This document shows, piece after piece, positions 11,115 through 22,900 of a stretch of 64,000 bases of DNA. The number at the start of each line of letters is the position of its first letter. Position 1 is the first letter of the stretch. A model generated the notes under the pieces. That model saw only the letters and a list, made by a program, of their open reading frames with translations. It was not told the DNA's origin and searched no databases. Position numbers and translations under genes: made by a program. Where the stretch lies: positions 81,766 to 145,765 of the forward strand of contig FR893523.1 in NCBI GenBank assembly GCA_000434035.1, given 5' to 3'. The stretch is from Clostridium sp. CAG:452 (lineage in GTDB: Bacteria > Bacillota > Clostridia > TANB77 > CAG-508).

Positions 11115-11282
11115 ATGGTAGATGAAGAAATCCTAGAATTAAGACGAAAATTAAATGAAAGTATAACAAAAGAGAAGGATTATACACATATATATACCCT
11201 AAGCCTAGAATTAGACGAATTAATAGCAAGATACTATAATAAAAAAATAAGAACAAGAATATATACGAAAGACAGAAGATAA
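11115..11282 (+). CDS. small Spo0E-like (aspartyl-phosphate phosphatase family) protein, tentative
   Basis: 55-aa ORF MVDEEILELRRKLNES..IYTLSLELDELIARYY resembles the Spo0E S-x-x-LD-x-LI helix. GGAG RBS, and a terminator follows. Confidence 0.45.
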   Translation: MVDEEILELRRKLNESITKEKDYTHIYTLSLELDELIARYYNKKIRTRIYTKDRR

Positions 11283-11291
11283 TGTCATAAT

Positions 11292-11333
11292 AAAAAACAG
11301 TTTAAATATAAAAAATATTTAAACTGTTTTTTT
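11292..11333 (+). terminator. rho-independent terminator
   Basis: aaaaaacagtttaaatat / atatttaaactgttttttt. Confidence 0.75.
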
Positions 11334-11403
11334 AAATTTGTATTTACAAATTAATATTTTGTATGCTAAAATAACATAAAATAGCACAAGAAAATGAAAA
11401 ATG

Positions 11404-11432
11404 TTGAAATAAAAGGAAAACTGTGGTATAAT
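11404..11432 (+). promoter_or_regulatory. promoter upstream of the pilin genes
   Basis: TTGAAA, 17 nt spacer, TATAAT with an upstream TGg (extended -10). Confidence 0.5.
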
Positions 11433-11465
11433 TTATTTAGATTATACAAAAGGAGGGAGTAATAT

Positions 11466-11831
11466 ATGAAAAAAACAATAAAAATAATTAGTATATTATT
11501 TCTTCTAATATTATTATTAATATTTAGTACAACAACATATGTACAAGCAGACATAGACATAAATCCAAGCAACTATAACCCAGGAATGCCAACAGTACAA
11601 GAAGGCGGAAGAACAATAAAGATGGCAGGTAAGATATTAGGTATTATTAGAAACTGCGGAGTTATAGCATCAGTTGTAGTAATGTCAATCATAGGACTTA
11701 AATATATGCTAGGGTCATTAGACGAAAAAGCAAACTACAAAGAGAATATGGTTCCATATATAGCAGGATGTGCACTATTATTACTTTGTACAACATTACC
11801 TAGTATAATATATAGTATAATGCAAAAATAG
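11466..11831 (+). CDS. TrbC/VirB2-like pilin paralog 1
   Basis: Signal peptide (..YVQA/DID) then two hydrophobic helices around GLKYMLGSLDEKANYKENMVPYIAG. Confidence 0.6.
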   Translation: MKKTIKIISILFLLILLLIFSTTTYVQADIDINPSNYNPGMPTVQEGGRTIKMAGKILGIIRNCGVIASVVVMSIIGLKYMLGSLDEKANYKENMVPYIAGCALLLLCTTLPSIIYSIMQK

Positions 11832-11847
11832 AATATAAATAAAGTGG

Positions 11848-12306
11848 GTGATAAAGGTGAATATAAATTTATTTAATAAAATACTAATAATAGCATTAGT
11901 ATTATTAATAATAAACACAATTATTCCACTAAAAGTTAACGCAGTATCGGATATGTTTAAATCAGCAGATGATTTTCTATCAAAAGGGAGATCTCCAACC
12001 ACTGTAATAGATGAAAAAAAATTACAATCTACATCTAATACAATATATAAATGGCTAATGACTTTAGCTATATGTGTTGCAGTTATAATAGGAGCTATAA
12101 TAGGTATACAGTTTATAACAGGAAGCATAGAAGGAAAAGCAAAAATACAAGAAGCTTTAGTACCATACATAATAGGTTGTATAGTGGTGTTTGGAGCATT
12201 CTTTATTTGGAGAACGCTAGTAAATACAGGAAACAGTTTAGAAGGAGATACTCAGGATGCAACAAAACAAGAGATAAAACACAGATACTGGGGTGAACAA
12301 GAATAA
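11848..12306 (+). CDS. TrbC/VirB2-like pilin paralog 2 (start uncertain, GTG 11848 or 11857)
   Basis: Signal peptide (..KVNA/VSD), then two TM helices around GIQFITGSIEGKAKIQEALVPYIIG, and a longer polar tail. Confidence 0.55.
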   Translation: MIKVNINLFNKILIIALVLLIINTIIPLKVNAVSDMFKSADDFLSKGRSPTTVIDEKKLQSTSNTIYKWLMTLAICVAVIIGAIIGIQFITGSIEGKAKIQEALVPYIIGCIVVFGAFFIWRTLVNTGNSLEGDTQDATKQEIKHRYWGEQE

Positions 12307-12383
12307 AATTAGTTTTTAAAGTTTTCTTAAAGAGATTTAAGGAAGTTTAATATATAAATAATAAAGAAATGGAGGAGAATACT

Positions 12384-12743
12384 ATGAAAAAATCTGTAAA
12401 AATAATTTCTGCATTATTAGTAGCTATTATGTTAGTTGTAGCAGTAAGTCCAATATGTTTTGCAACACAATTGAAGCCAGATTCTATAAAACCAGATTAT
12501 TCTGGAATAGATACAAAAGGAATTCAAAGCACTGCATCAAAAATAATGGGATTGATTAGAAATATTGCAGTAATAGCTGGTGTACTAATTATTGGAATTT
12601 TAGGTTTAAAATACATGATAGGAAGTACAGAGGAAAGAGCAGAATATAAAAAATCATTTATGCCATTAATTATAGGTATCGTAGTTGTAATGGGTGCTAC
12701 ACAAATTGCAACAATGATTTTCTCAACATTTGGTGGTAACTAA
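12384..12743 (+). CDS. TrbC/VirB2-like pilin paralog 3
   Basis: ATG 12384 follows GGAGGAG. Signal peptide (..CFA/TQL) and GLKYMIGSTEERAEYKKSFMPLIIG, parallel to paralog 1. Confidence 0.6.
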   Translation: MKKSVKIISALLVAIMLVVAVSPICFATQLKPDSIKPDYSGIDTKGIQSTASKIMGLIRNIAVIAGVLIIGILGLKYMIGSTEERAEYKKSFMPLIIGIVVVMGATQIATMIFSTFGGN

Positions 12744-12752
12744 TAATAAAAT

Positions 12753-12787
12753 AAAAAAACTTGTTAGATTTTCTAACAAGTTTTTTT
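12753..12787 (+). terminator. rho-independent terminator after the pilin genes
   Basis: aaaaaaacttgttaga ttt tctaacaagttttttt. Confidence 0.8.
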
Positions 12788-12843
12788 ATTTTATTACAAA
12801 AGTATTACATTTTTATGTTTTTTTTATTTTTTTTACTAATATA

Positions 12844-12872
12844 TTACAATTAGTGCTAATATCTGTTATAAT
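12844..12872 (+). promoter_or_regulatory. promoter upstream of the T4SS core genes
   Basis: TTACAA, 17 nt spacer, TATAAT. Confidence 0.45.
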
Positions 12873-12928
12873 ATATATAAGTATAATTGTATCAGGCAAA
12901 ATGGTACAAAACAAAGGAGGAAACCAAT

Positions 12929-13279
12929 TTGGCTACACATAGTATACCAAGAGATGTTAGAGGTGAAGGTAGAATATTATTTATATTCACCACACGTTCA
13001 TTAATATTTACTGCTGTAGGATTAATAGTAGGATTATTAGTGAGTTCATTAATAGGATTGTTGTTTTCACAATTCTATGTAAAACTTATTATTTGTTTAA
13101 TATTTGCTGCAATAGGTTATGGAATAGCAACATTAAAAATTCCAGATTCTCCTAGATTTGAAATAACAAGAAAAGCTGGAGGAGAAAGAATAGATGAGGT
13201 TATGCTAAGAGCTATAAAGTTTAAGGCTCAAAAGAGAAGAATATATGTATATACTAAGGAGGAAAAGAACAATGGATAA
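12929..13279 (+). CDS. PrgI-family (VirB3-like) T4SS membrane protein
   Basis: TTG start 7 nt after AAAGGAGGA. ..IPRDVRGEGRILFIFTTRSLIF.. then two TM helices, as in PrgI/Orf17-like proteins that precede VirB4. Confidence 0.65.
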   Translation: MATHSIPRDVRGEGRILFIFTTRSLIFTAVGLIVGLLVSSLIGLLFSQFYVKLIICLIFAAIGYGIATLKIPDSPRFEITRKAGGERIDEVMLRAIKFKAQKRRIYVYTKEEKNNG

Positions 13280-14504
13280 TGCTGTAGATATGCTAACTAT
13301 AGTAGCAGTAATTTTATTTATGATAGTTGTAGTACTAGTTATGGTATATTGGTACATGAAAAGAAAAGAGAACAGTCCAGAAAAACAAGAAAATAACAAC
13401 TCAAACAATATTGAAAATTCTAAATTAAAAACAAAAGAAACTGCTAAACAGACTTCACAATATACAAAATTATCTGTATTTGATTTTATGGAGTTTGATA
13501 AAATAGAAGATAACATGATTGTACAAAACGGTGGGAAAAGATACTTAATGGTAATTTCTTGCGAGGGAATAAACTATGACTTAATGTCAGAAGTAGAAAA
13601 GACTTCTGTAGAAGCAGGATTTGTTCAGTTTTTAAATACTTTAAGGCATCCAATACAATTATATACACAAACAAGAACAATAAATATAAGTAGTAGCATA
13701 GAAAACTATACAAAAAAGATAGAAGAAGTAAAACAACAATTAGATAAAAAACAAATGGAATATAATAAAATGCTTCAATCTGGTTCATATAGTACAACGA
13801 TTACAAGGGAATTAAGAACAGAGATTGCAAGATTACAAAACTTATATGACTATGGCAAAGATATTACACAAAACATAGAAAAAATGAGTTTAAATAAAAA
13901 TGTTCTTAAAAAGCATTATTATATAGTAATTCCATATAACACATCGGATTTGGGAAACGATATGCTAAGTGACGAAGAAAAAAAACAAATGGTGTTTTCA
14001 GAATTATACACAAGATCACAAGCTTTAATAAGAACATTGTTTGCATGTAGCATGAAATGCAAAGTAATGGATTCATATGAACTAGCTGAATTATTGTATG
14101 TAGCATACAATAGAGATGAATCGGAAGTATATGGAATAGAAAAAGCTCTAAAAGCAGGATATACGGAATTGTATTCAACAGCACCAGATGTACTAGATAA
14201 AAAGATGGAGGCTTTGAACAAAACAATAGAAGAAAAAGCTTTAGAAATGGCAAAAGAATATGTTGATGAAATAAAATCAGAAAAAGAAAAAGCAGTAGAA
14301 AAAAAGGAAGAATCAATTGATGATTTAATAGATGAAATGGCAACAGCTATATTGAAAGAAAATGAAAGATATATAGGAAAAGAAGTAACAGAAGAAGCTA
14401 TAAAGAGAGTAAAAGGAAAAAAACAAAAGAAGGAGGAAAATGCAAATGACAAAGAAGAAAAAAAGAGAACTAGAAGAACAACAAAGACAAATGCAGATGC
14501 TTAA
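13272..14504 (+). CDS. membrane-anchored coiled-coil protein, T4SS-associated, function unknown
   Basis: ATG 13272 after AGGAGG. N-terminal TM helix and a K/E-rich C-terminus. The N-region GINYDLMSEVEKTSVEAGFVQFLNTLRHPIQLY resembles VirB4 N-domains (by recall only). Confidence 0.5.
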   Translation: MDNAVDMLTIVAVILFMIVVVLVMVYWYMKRKENSPEKQENNNSNNIENSKLKTKETAKQTSQYTKLSVFDFMEFDKIEDNMIVQNGGKRYLMVISCEGINYDLMSEVEKTSVEAGFVQFLNTLRHPIQLYTQTRTINISSSIENYTKKIEEVKQQLDKKQMEYNKMLQSGSYSTTITRELRTEIARLQNLYDYGKDITQNIEKMSLNKNVLKKHYYIVIPYNTSDLGNDMLSDEEKKQMVFSELYTRSQALIRTLFACSMKCKVMDSYELAELLYVAYNRDESEVYGIEKALKAGYTELYSTAPDVLDKKMEALNKTIEEKALEMAKEYVDEIKSEKEKAVEKKEESIDDLIDEMATAILKENERYIGKEVTEEAIKRVKGKKQKKEENANDKEEKKRTRRTTKTNADA

Positions 14505-16404
14505 ACAAGAACCAGAATATGAAATTTTAAGAAAGAAAACAATAAAAGAATTAATTGCTCCATCTGGAATAGATGCTTCTAATATAGATCATTTAGAAAT
14601 AATTTCTAATACTACAAGATATGCAAGAAGCTTTTTCGTATCAGCACTTCCAAGAATGTGTACATTTCCAGAACTATTTAGAGATATGTATCTATTTGGA
14701 GATATAAATACATCTGTATATATAAACCCAGTTCCAGAGTCAAAATCTCAAAATGAGTTAAATAAAGTGATTAATCAGTTGGAAACAGAAAGAATTGTTG
14801 CTGCAGACAGAGGAAATATAAACAGAGAAAGCATATTAACTCAAAAAAGATTAGAAGCAGAAGATTTAAGGGATAATATAGCATCAGGATTCAATAAATT
14901 GTTTGAAGCATCAGTTGTTGCAACACTTTTTGCATACAATCTACAAAGTTTGGACGCATATACAAAATTGCTAGCAACAGAAATGTCTAAAAATTTAGTT
15001 GGAATAAAATCGGCATGGGCAATGCAAGAAGATGCATTTAAATCAAATTTGCCACTTATGAATGATAAAATAAAAAGAACACATACATTTGACCGTGCTT
15101 CTATGGCGACAGTTTTCCCATTTACTACATCAGAGGTAGGACATCTAACAGGAATACCACTAGGATTTAATAAACAAACAGGAGTACCAATTTTATTTGA
15201 TAATTTCCACCCAAGTTTAACAAATTATAATATGGTTATATTTGCTAAATCTGGTGCTGGTAAATCTGTTACAATGAAAACATTAATTTCTAGATCTTCT
15301 GTTCTTATGGGAATAGAAAGCTTGGCATTAGATGCCGAGGGCGAGTATTCAGCAGTTGCAGATGCACTTGGTGGAATAAATGTAGTAATAAGTCCAACTT
15401 CTAAAACAATTATAAACTTATTCGATATAGAAATAGAAAGAACAAAAGACGAAATAACAGGAAGAGAAAGACCTATTTTAAATGTAGAAAACAAAATAGA
15501 GGACGTTACACAAGCTCTTTTAACCATGGCAAGAGGTAGCACAAGAAGTGAAGAGGTAAATGAGCTTACAAAACAAATTATAGCAGAAGCAGTTGCAGAA
15601 GAATATACAAAAGCGGGAATAACATCAGATCCAAACAGTTTATATGAAGCTTCAAACGGAGGAATAAGAAGAGAAAATTTATTTAAAGAAAAGAAGCAAA
15701 TGCCTACAATTGGGTCATGGTATAAAACACTAATAAAAAAAGCTAAAGAAAATACAGATCCTAACTATCAATTTCACTACAGCTATTTGTTAAAAGTTAT
15801 GAAACAATATGTAAGAGAATTAAATGGACAAATGGCATATTTCGATGGGCAATCTACATTTGAACTATTAGATGGAGCACCATTTATAAACTTGGATATA
15901 TCTCAATTGGAGGAAAGATTTGCAAGGCCACTTGCACAACAAATATTACTTTCTTGGATTTGGGAAAAATATGTTAAAAAGAATAGTGAAGATAGAACAA
16001 AAGCAACTAAAAAAAGAGTTTTAGTTGATGAAGCTTGGATGCTTCTTCCATATCCAGAAGCAGTAGAGTTTTTAAATAAAATGGCAAGACGTGCAAGAAA
16101 AAGAAATGTATCACTTGCAATAATTTCACAAAGATTCCAAGACTTTTACGAAAAACCAGAAGCACAAGCGGTACTTACATCTTCAGACACTAAGCTATTT
16201 TTAGCACAAGATAAATCAGAAATAAATTACTTAAAAGAAGTATTTAAATTAAGCGAAGGAGAAGCGGGATTTTTAGTAACTTGTCTAATAGGAGAAGGAC
16301 TTTTAAAAGTAGGCTCAGATACAGCAATAATCCAAATAACACCAACGAAAAAAGAATTTGAGTTTGTGGAAACAAACTTAAATAAATTAGCCAACAAAAG
16401 TTAG
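14440..16404 (+). CDS. virB4: VirB4-family T4SS ATPase
   Basis: Walker A FAKSGAGKSVTMK and Walker B RVLVDEAWML. Size and synteny match Orf16/ConE/PrgJ-type ATPases. Confidence 0.88.
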   Translation: MQMTKKKKRELEEQQRQMQMLKQEPEYEILRKKTIKELIAPSGIDASNIDHLEIISNTTRYARSFFVSALPRMCTFPELFRDMYLFGDINTSVYINPVPESKSQNELNKVINQLETERIVAADRGNINRESILTQKRLEAEDLRDNIASGFNKLFEASVVATLFAYNLQSLDAYTKLLATEMSKNLVGIKSAWAMQEDAFKSNLPLMNDKIKRTHTFDRASMATVFPFTTSEVGHLTGIPLGFNKQTGVPILFDNFHPSLTNYNMVIFAKSGAGKSVTMKTLISRSSVLMGIESLALDAEGEYSAVADALGGINVVISPTSKTIINLFDIEIERTKDEITGRERPILNVENKIEDVTQALLTMARGSTRSEEVNELTKQIIAEAVAEEYTKAGITSDPNSLYEASNGGIRRENLFKEKKQMPTIGSWYKTLIKKAKENTDPNYQFHYSYLLKVMKQYVRELNGQMAYFDGQSTFELLDGAPFINLDISQLEERFARPLAQQILLSWIWEKYVKKNSEDRTKATKKRVLVDEAWMLLPYPEAVEFLNKMARRARKRNVSLAIISQRFQDFYEKPEAQAVLTSSDTKLFLAQDKSEINYLKEVFKLSEGEAGFLVTCLIGEGLLKVGSDTAIIQITPTKKEFEFVETNLNKLANKS

Positions 16405-16430
16405 ATAAATAGGTAGAAAGGATTAAGAAT

Positions 16431-18957
16431 ATGAACTTAATTACTAATAAAAAATTAACAAAAACTTTAATGTTAATAGTGGTGTTTGTATTGATATTTA
16501 CTTTTATATTGCCAAATTATTCTTTAGCAAAATCGCAGGATGAAAAAGATGGAGGTAAACTATTTAGACCAATAGCACAATTATTAGCATTTGTTTCAGA
16601 TCTTTCAATAGAATTAGCACAGCAATTTTTGTGGGATGGAAGCACAATAAATGAAAAAAATGAATACCATATATACATAGGACCAGCAACAATATTTACA
16701 GGTAAAATTCCACGGATTAGATGCTAATTTTATAAGTCCAAGTAATACAACTGTTAAGAAGAAAACTAGTCAGAATACAACTATTAAAGCATTAGAATTT
16801 ACTGGAGCAAATCAAGTGGACTCAAAAAATTTGACAAGTCTTACAGGCGATGTATCAGATAATAAAATAGAAAGATATATTGAAAAATGGAAGAAAGATG
16901 ATAAATATAAATTTGAAGGAGAGATAAAATATGATTCTGAAAAACTGCTAACACTTACAGGAACTGGAGCAACAGATATAACACTTAATAATAAGTCTAC
17001 ACAAGACTCCCAAGAAGTGAAAGACTCATGGATTAGTGAACAAGGAGACTGCTATGCGGTAGTATATAGAACCATTTATAGATCTACTTCAGGTAGTGGA
17101 AATTCTAATGAAACGACAACGGTAGAACACACATTATATTTATATAAATTGACAGGTGTAACAAATTTAAGTGATGCGGAAGAAAACTTAACTACAGGTA
17201 CAGAAACTGTAGTACATTCATCTACAGCAGGACAATTACAAAGCTCAATATCAACATGGTATAAAACATTAAGAATGATAGCAATAGTAGGGCTATTATC
17301 AGTATTGGTATATGTAGGAATACGTATATTAATAAGTAGTACAGGACAAGATAAAGCAAAATATAAAAAAATGTTGGCAGATTGGGTCGCAGCAATGTGT
17401 ATATTATTCTTATTACAATATGTAATGGTATTTACAATGCAGATGACAAAAAAAGTTATAGAAATATTTGACACAGAAAATATGGTTAGATATGAGGATT
17501 CAAACAAAGAAAGGCCATATGATTATTTAATAAGTACAGTAAGAGCAGAACTAGGAGAAACTAATGATTCAACAGAAAGTTTTGCAGAAATATTTGCTTA
17601 TATAGTAATTTATATAGTGTTAGTAATATATACAATGGTATTTTTATGGCAATATCTAAAGAGGGTGGTAATGCTCGCGTTTTTAACAATGATAGCACCA
17701 TTAATAGCATTAACATATCCACTGGATAAGATAAAAGATGGACAAGCACAAGCATTTACCATGTGGATTAGAGAATATGTATTTAATGCTTTATTACCAG
17801 TAATACATACTATAATATACTATATGTTAGTATCATCAGCTATAAACTTTATAGTAGATGGTGGAAATTGGCTATATGCAATAGTAGCAGTAGGATTTAT
17901 GATGCCAGCCGAGAAATTCTTTAGAAAGATGTTTGGATTTGACAAGGCAAGTAGTATAGGTCAGTTAGGAGCAGCAGCAGGCGGAGCAATGGTAATGAAT
18001 GCAATAAACAAAATGAAATCAGGAGGAGGTTCAAAATCAGGTTCAGGTTCAGGAGGAGATTCATCAAGTTCAAGCAAAACAAGAACAGGATATATACCAG
18101 CACCAGATAGTGATTCAGGAAATCCAGGAGGAGGTTCTGGAGGAGGTTCCGGAGGAGGCTCTGGCAGTAATCATGCTAACCAACAAAGTACAACAAGTGC
18201 ATTTGGTGAAGATATAGCAACTGGACAGCCAAAACCAACAATATATGGAAATGGATTTAAATCAGGTTCAAAGAGAATTATAAAAGGTATAGGTAACAGT
18301 CTTCATCAAAGATACTTTAATAAGCCAAATGCAATGAGATTAGGAAAGAAAGCAGGTAGAACACTAAGAAGAGGACTAGGAAAAGGAATAGGAATAGCAG
18401 CATTAGGAACAGCAGGATTAGCAGCAGGAATAGCATCAGGAGATCCAACAAATGTGCTTAAATACGGAGCAGCAGCAGCAGCGATAGGAGCTTCAGGAAT
18501 GGGAAAAATAGATGATAAAGCTATGGAATTTGGACATGAAAATAAAGAGCAAATAAAAGAAAACATATTTGGAACTGATGAATATAACATGCGTAAAACT
18601 ACTAAAGAACTAAATAATGATATGGACTTCTTAAAAACATGTAATCAATTAGGCTTAGATAAAGATCAAAGAGAAGATGCAATAAGAATGCTTAATGCAA
18701 ACGGAATAACAAGTGCAAATGATATAAAGCAAGCAATGGATATAAGAGCAAGACACATGAATGATAAAGATGGACCAGTAAGCCAAGAAGAAATTGTAGC
18801 AGCTGCAAAAATGCATAAAAGATTATCAAAATCATATTGGGGACAAGAAAAAAATGTGGAAGATTATGAAAGAAGATTAAGAGACAAAGGACTTAATCCA
18901 GAACAAGCTAAAAGAGCAATAAGATTAATAAGCGATTTTAAAGGAGATTTAAGTTAG
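16431..18957 (+). CDS. VirB6/TrbL-like polytopic T4SS membrane protein, full length only after a +1 shift at 16713
   Basis: ORF 16431..16727 (signal peptide) continues one base later into ORF 16816..18957. The shifted frame is open from 16714. Multiple TM helices and a Gly/Ser-rich linker. Confidence 0.7.
16713..16716 (+). other. frame transition (+1) at in-frame CGG: CCA-CGG-A
   Basis: ..TGKIP then CGG. GGA at 16714 begins GLDANFISPSNTTVKK.., continuous with ORF 16816. Confidence 0.8.
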
Positions 18958-19895
18958 TGAACAGTATAATTGGATTTTATAACAAAAATAGACATGCTAT
19001 ATGGATAACAATTGTTGTTATAATATTAATATTTGGAGTAATAAAAACATTAAATAACTCTTTGAAAAATAGTACAAAAGATAGGAGTAGTAGTACTAAT
19101 ATTAGTACTACTACTTATAGTAATAAGAATTATTCAATAATATCTGGAACAGATGTACCAAAAGAAGTTGCAAGTGAGTCAACAGAAATTATAGATAATT
19201 TTATAAAATTTTGTAATGAGAAAGAAATAAGCTCAGCATATAATTTACTTTCAACTGATTGCAAAGAAACACTATATCCAACAGAAGAAGAATTTAAAAA
19301 TAATTATGTTGAAAAAATATTTACAACATATAGGCTATGTGACAAAAGAGCATGGATAAATACAGACAACTCTTATACTTATAGTATAAAAATTACAGAG
19401 GATTTATTATCAACAGGTGGGAATAAAGATGATATGAGTATTCAAGACTATTACACAATAGTAAAAGAGAATGATGAGTATAAATTAAATATAAACAATT
19501 ACATAGGAAAAGAAGAAGTTAATAAAACAAAAAAACAAAATGGAGTAGAAATTTATATAGCAGAAAGAAAAAATTATATTGATTATGAAATATATATTTT
19601 AAAAATAAAAAACAATACTCAAAACGATATATTATTAGACAGTAAGAAAAATACAAGAACAGTGTATTTGACAGATATAAAGAATCAGAATTATGTTGCA
19701 TTTTTAAATGAATTATCTATAGATGATTTAACTATAAAAAGTGGAACGATGCAAACGGTGAGTATTAAATTTAACAAAGCATATAATCCACAAAAAGTAG
19801 TAAAATCAATAAATTTTACAAATATAGTTTTAAATTATCAAGAGTATTTAAATAATGGAAATAATCAGTTTGCACAAATAGAAATAGAAATATAA
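18957..19895 (+). CDS. hypothetical membrane-anchored protein (T4SS cluster)
   Basis: GTG start overlaps the previous stop by 1 nt. One N-terminal TM helix. No family recognised. Confidence 0.6.
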   Translation: MNSIIGFYNKNRHAIWITIVVIILIFGVIKTLNNSLKNSTKDRSSSTNISTTTYSNKNYSIISGTDVPKEVASESTEIIDNFIKFCNEKEISSAYNLLSTDCKETLYPTEEEFKNNYVEKIFTTYRLCDKRAWINTDNSYTYSIKITEDLLSTGGNKDDMSIQDYYTIVKENDEYKLNINNYIGKEEVNKTKKQNGVEIYIAERKNYIDYEIYILKIKNNTQNDILLDSKKNTRTVYLTDIKNQNYVAFLNELSIDDLTIKSGTMQTVSIKFNKAYNPQKVVKSINFTNIVLNYQEYLNNGNNQFAQIEIEI

Positions 19896-19920
19896 ATTAC
19901 GAAATAAAGGAGGTGTTACA

Positions 19921-22900
19921 ATGGATCCAGAAGAAGAAGAGCAAAAAAAACAGGAAAAGGGCTTTCTAGAAAAATCAAAAAATGAATTAAAAAGAAGCAG
20001 AGAAAGAGCAGAAAAATCAAAAAAAACAATAAAAATTTTCATGAAGTTACCTACGCCTCTAAAAATTATTTTGCTTGTTCTTATATTAGTCCCAGTAGTT
20101 ATTGTTTTGATTGGAGGATTTTTATACATAATAAATTATAGAAATTGGGATATAGCAAGAACGGCTAAAGCAGAAGCTTTAGGATCGGGAACAGGTTATT
20201 CTTCTGGCATAGTAACACTTAACAAAGATAAAGGCACTTGGGATATTAGTATAAATGATGAGTTAAAGAAAAAATTGACAGATGCAGGAGTAAACATAAA
20301 TGGAATGTCGCAAGACGAATTACTTAAACAATTATTAATATTATATGGATTTGATGAAAATGATTTTTCAGATAAAGAAATAAAATTAATGCCATATTTA
20401 TTAAAAGCTGAAATAGCAACTCAATATGTGGATTTAAGAAGTAGAGATCAAATGTATGATTCAGCTACTAAGAAATATAAAACATTGTCAGATTCTGAAA
20501 TAGAAGAAGCATCAAAAAACAATCAGATACTTGGAACAATACATATAAAAAGGGTAAACACATCAGATTTAGATAATTCAATAGTATTAGAATATATCAA
20601 ATACGAGGACTTTAAGAAAAAATTAGAAACTAATGATTATGATAAGGTAAAAGGATATTTTTCAATTAATGATGAGGGAAATTTAGTAATCGCAACATGG
20701 GGGTATAATAAAACAACATATACACTTGCGGATGGAAAGATAGAAAATCCATATAAAGGAACTGATACATTTCAAAATTCGGAAAGTTATACTTTATCAG
20801 AAATGGTAGTAGATTATAAACCATTGGTAAGTAAATATACACTTCCATTTGAAGTGTTAACAGCATTATTAGTAAATTCAGAAGATACCGAATTTGTGGA
20901 GAAGGTAGCAAATTTAGCTTTTAGTGCAAATATAGAGGTTACAATTGCAGAAGAAATGACAGAAACAAAAAAAACTTATGTTACAAATTATTATGAGACA
21001 ATAAGAAATTATCAATATATTCGTATGTGTGCACCTGTAAGCGGTAACAGAAGCATAATAGAGGAATATAAATTCTTATCAGGTGATTCGAGTTGCGACA
21101 CTTCTAGTGATGTTATAGATGATCTAAGTGGATTTTCTGAAGTAACTCCACCGAAAGATATACATGATTGTACATATAAGGATATAAATTTTACAAATAA
21201 TCAGCCAAGCTATACGGTAAAGCAAGATATAATACTTAAAGATAACACATATAAATATGGTATAACAGATGCTGATACATGGTTTATGAAAGCAGAAAAA
21301 ACTATAGATAAAAAAGTAACAATAGAAAATTTAGAGCAATCAGCAAGCAGAGTAGAAGATACGTATAAATATAATGAAACAAAAAGCAGTAAGAGAGCAA
21401 ATATACCAAATTATATAAAAAGTAGTTACTTGGAAGAGTATTATAATAATAATAAACAAAGAATAGAAGAAATAGCAAGACAAAAAACAGAGCAACAGGC
21501 GAATTCACAAGTAGCAACACAACCTCATCCAATAGTGTCAATTGTACCAGGTAATGCAAATACAATAAAAATTGAATATAGTCAACAGATAAATCAGATT
21601 ATTGATGGTAATGGAAAAAGATTTTCTGGTACGCATACAAAAAATCCGTCAACAGGATTTACAATTATAACTGTATCAGGCATAACTAGCAGTAGTTTAA
21701 CACTTGTTGATTCGGGAAGAAATACATTTTCATATGTGAAAAATGCAAGTGGAGTGTGGGAGTTTAAAGGCTCTACACCAGCTATAGATGTAGATTATGA
21801 CCAAATTACGATTAGATATAAAAGAACAGACACTGAAAGTTCAATAGCTTCTGGAAGTATAAAAACTAAGTATGAATTAGTGGAAGGAACTCCAACACAG
21901 ACAATCTATGATAAAAAAGATGAAAAATTCTTAAAAGCATATGATGAGAGCTCAAAAGCAAAAGGAAATATGGCTAGCACACCAGGATGGTTAGAAGAGA
22001 TGATAGATGAATATGATCCAAATTTTTCTACAATAATAATGTATTTATTGGATTCATATTATGGAAGAAACACCAGTGAATATGATATTGAAGGAATTAA
22101 AGGAATATATTCTTTAGGTGATTTTACTTCAATAATGAGTATACGAGGCGGTATGGTTGTAAAACTAGATGAACCACAAGCATTAAAAAAGCTTAACAAA
22201 CAACAAATAACAGATGTAATAAGCAACTATTTTAAGGGTAAAGAAGCAAGAAGCAATTTCTCAGGAGTAGTAGATGACCTTGTTTATATACAAGATACGT
22301 ATAAGGTAAATGCAATATTTGCAATGGCAATAATTCAAAAAGAGTCTAGTGGAGGAACCGGCTGGAACTTAATAGATAGAGAAACATATAACTGGGCAAG
22401 TATTAAAGGAAGCTATAACGGGAATTACGATGAAGATAGAAATGGCACAAAATGGAGAAAATATCCTAGTTTTAATGAAGCAACAAGGGATTTAGGAAAA
22501 CTTATAGGTGAAGATGGTCCATATTTTAAGGATGGAAATTATACTGTAGAAACAATAGGAAATAAATATTGCCAGCCACCAGATGCATGGATAGATCAAA
22601 TATCAAAGTATATAGTAGGAATGTATGAAAGCATTGGAGAATCTGTATATACATTTACAAGCGATGGAAACGATATGCAAAAGAAAGTAGCTGAGATAGC
22701 AATGAATTCTACACAATATGGTATACAACCTAATAAGGGTTATTGCCAAGGATGGGTAGCAGATGTATATGCAAAAGCAGGCGTTAATGGTGGACGTAGA
22801 ATCTCGGCAAATACGGCAGTTTTAGCGGGAAGAAAGTGGGGAGTATCTAAAGACTGGAATACAATACAATTAGGTGCAACTGTATATGGTTATGCATATA

